NCBI GenBank assembly: GCA_030390025.1
Contig: CM059431.1
Coordinates: 143,098,001-143,162,000, forward strand
Reading direction: 5' to 3'
Length of the DNA stretch: 64,000 nt
Source of the DNA: Squalus acanthias
Taxonomy: Eukaryota
Positions within the stretch are counted from its first letter, which is position 1. Every line of letters starts with the position of its first letter. The notes under the pieces were generated by a model that saw only the letters and a list, made by a program, of their open reading frames with translations, was not told where the DNA came from and ran no database searches. A program made the position numbers and the translations under genes. Below, in pieces: positions 63,818-64,000 of this stretch.

Positions 63818-64000
63818 ATGTTCCCCACTGGGGCACTGGGGAAATGCACAGACAGGAAAGGCCCAGGGCAGGGCTCAGTCTGGGCTGCAGTGGGAAACTG
63901 ACAATTGCACTCAGTATTCCTGCGTGTCTCTCCCAGTGAGGAGTCAGACTCTGTAAACAGTGTCCCTGTGTACAGTGTGTGTCGCTCCCAGTGAGGAGTA

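Overview
Repeat-rich vertebrate genomic DNA. The CR1, Penelope, Deu-SINE and Harbinger-type repeats and the NACHT-LRR gene type point to a cartilaginous fish (inference). The main discovery is a 7-exon gene on the minus strand (ATG at 46670). Exons 1-6 splice in frame (GT-AG, phases 1-1-1-1-0-1) into a signal peptide plus a complete transcobalamin/intrinsic-factor/haptocorrin alpha domain with all six structural cysteines. Instead of the usual beta-domain exons, the gene splices into one ~7.7-kb terminal exon encoding a Thr/Ser/Pro/Val-rich mucin of about 265 8-aa repeats followed by 16-aa repeats. Most alpha-domain cobalamin-contact motifs are substituted, suggesting a repurposed B12-carrier fold on a secreted mucin. 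A 1-bp deletion at ~29837 interrupts the repeat array. Also present: a disabled NACHT-LRR (NLR) gene on the plus strand (52727-63817). Its large intron holds nested Penelope elements, one with an uninterrupted RT + GIY-YIG frame, plus three minimal hammerhead-ribozyme motifs, a TSD-flanked short retrocopy and a Harbinger-like remnant. Elsewhere are a near full-length CR1 LINE interrupted by a TIR element, a solo LTR, many CR1/L2/RTE fragments, two tRNA-Lys relics and several minisatellite arrays.
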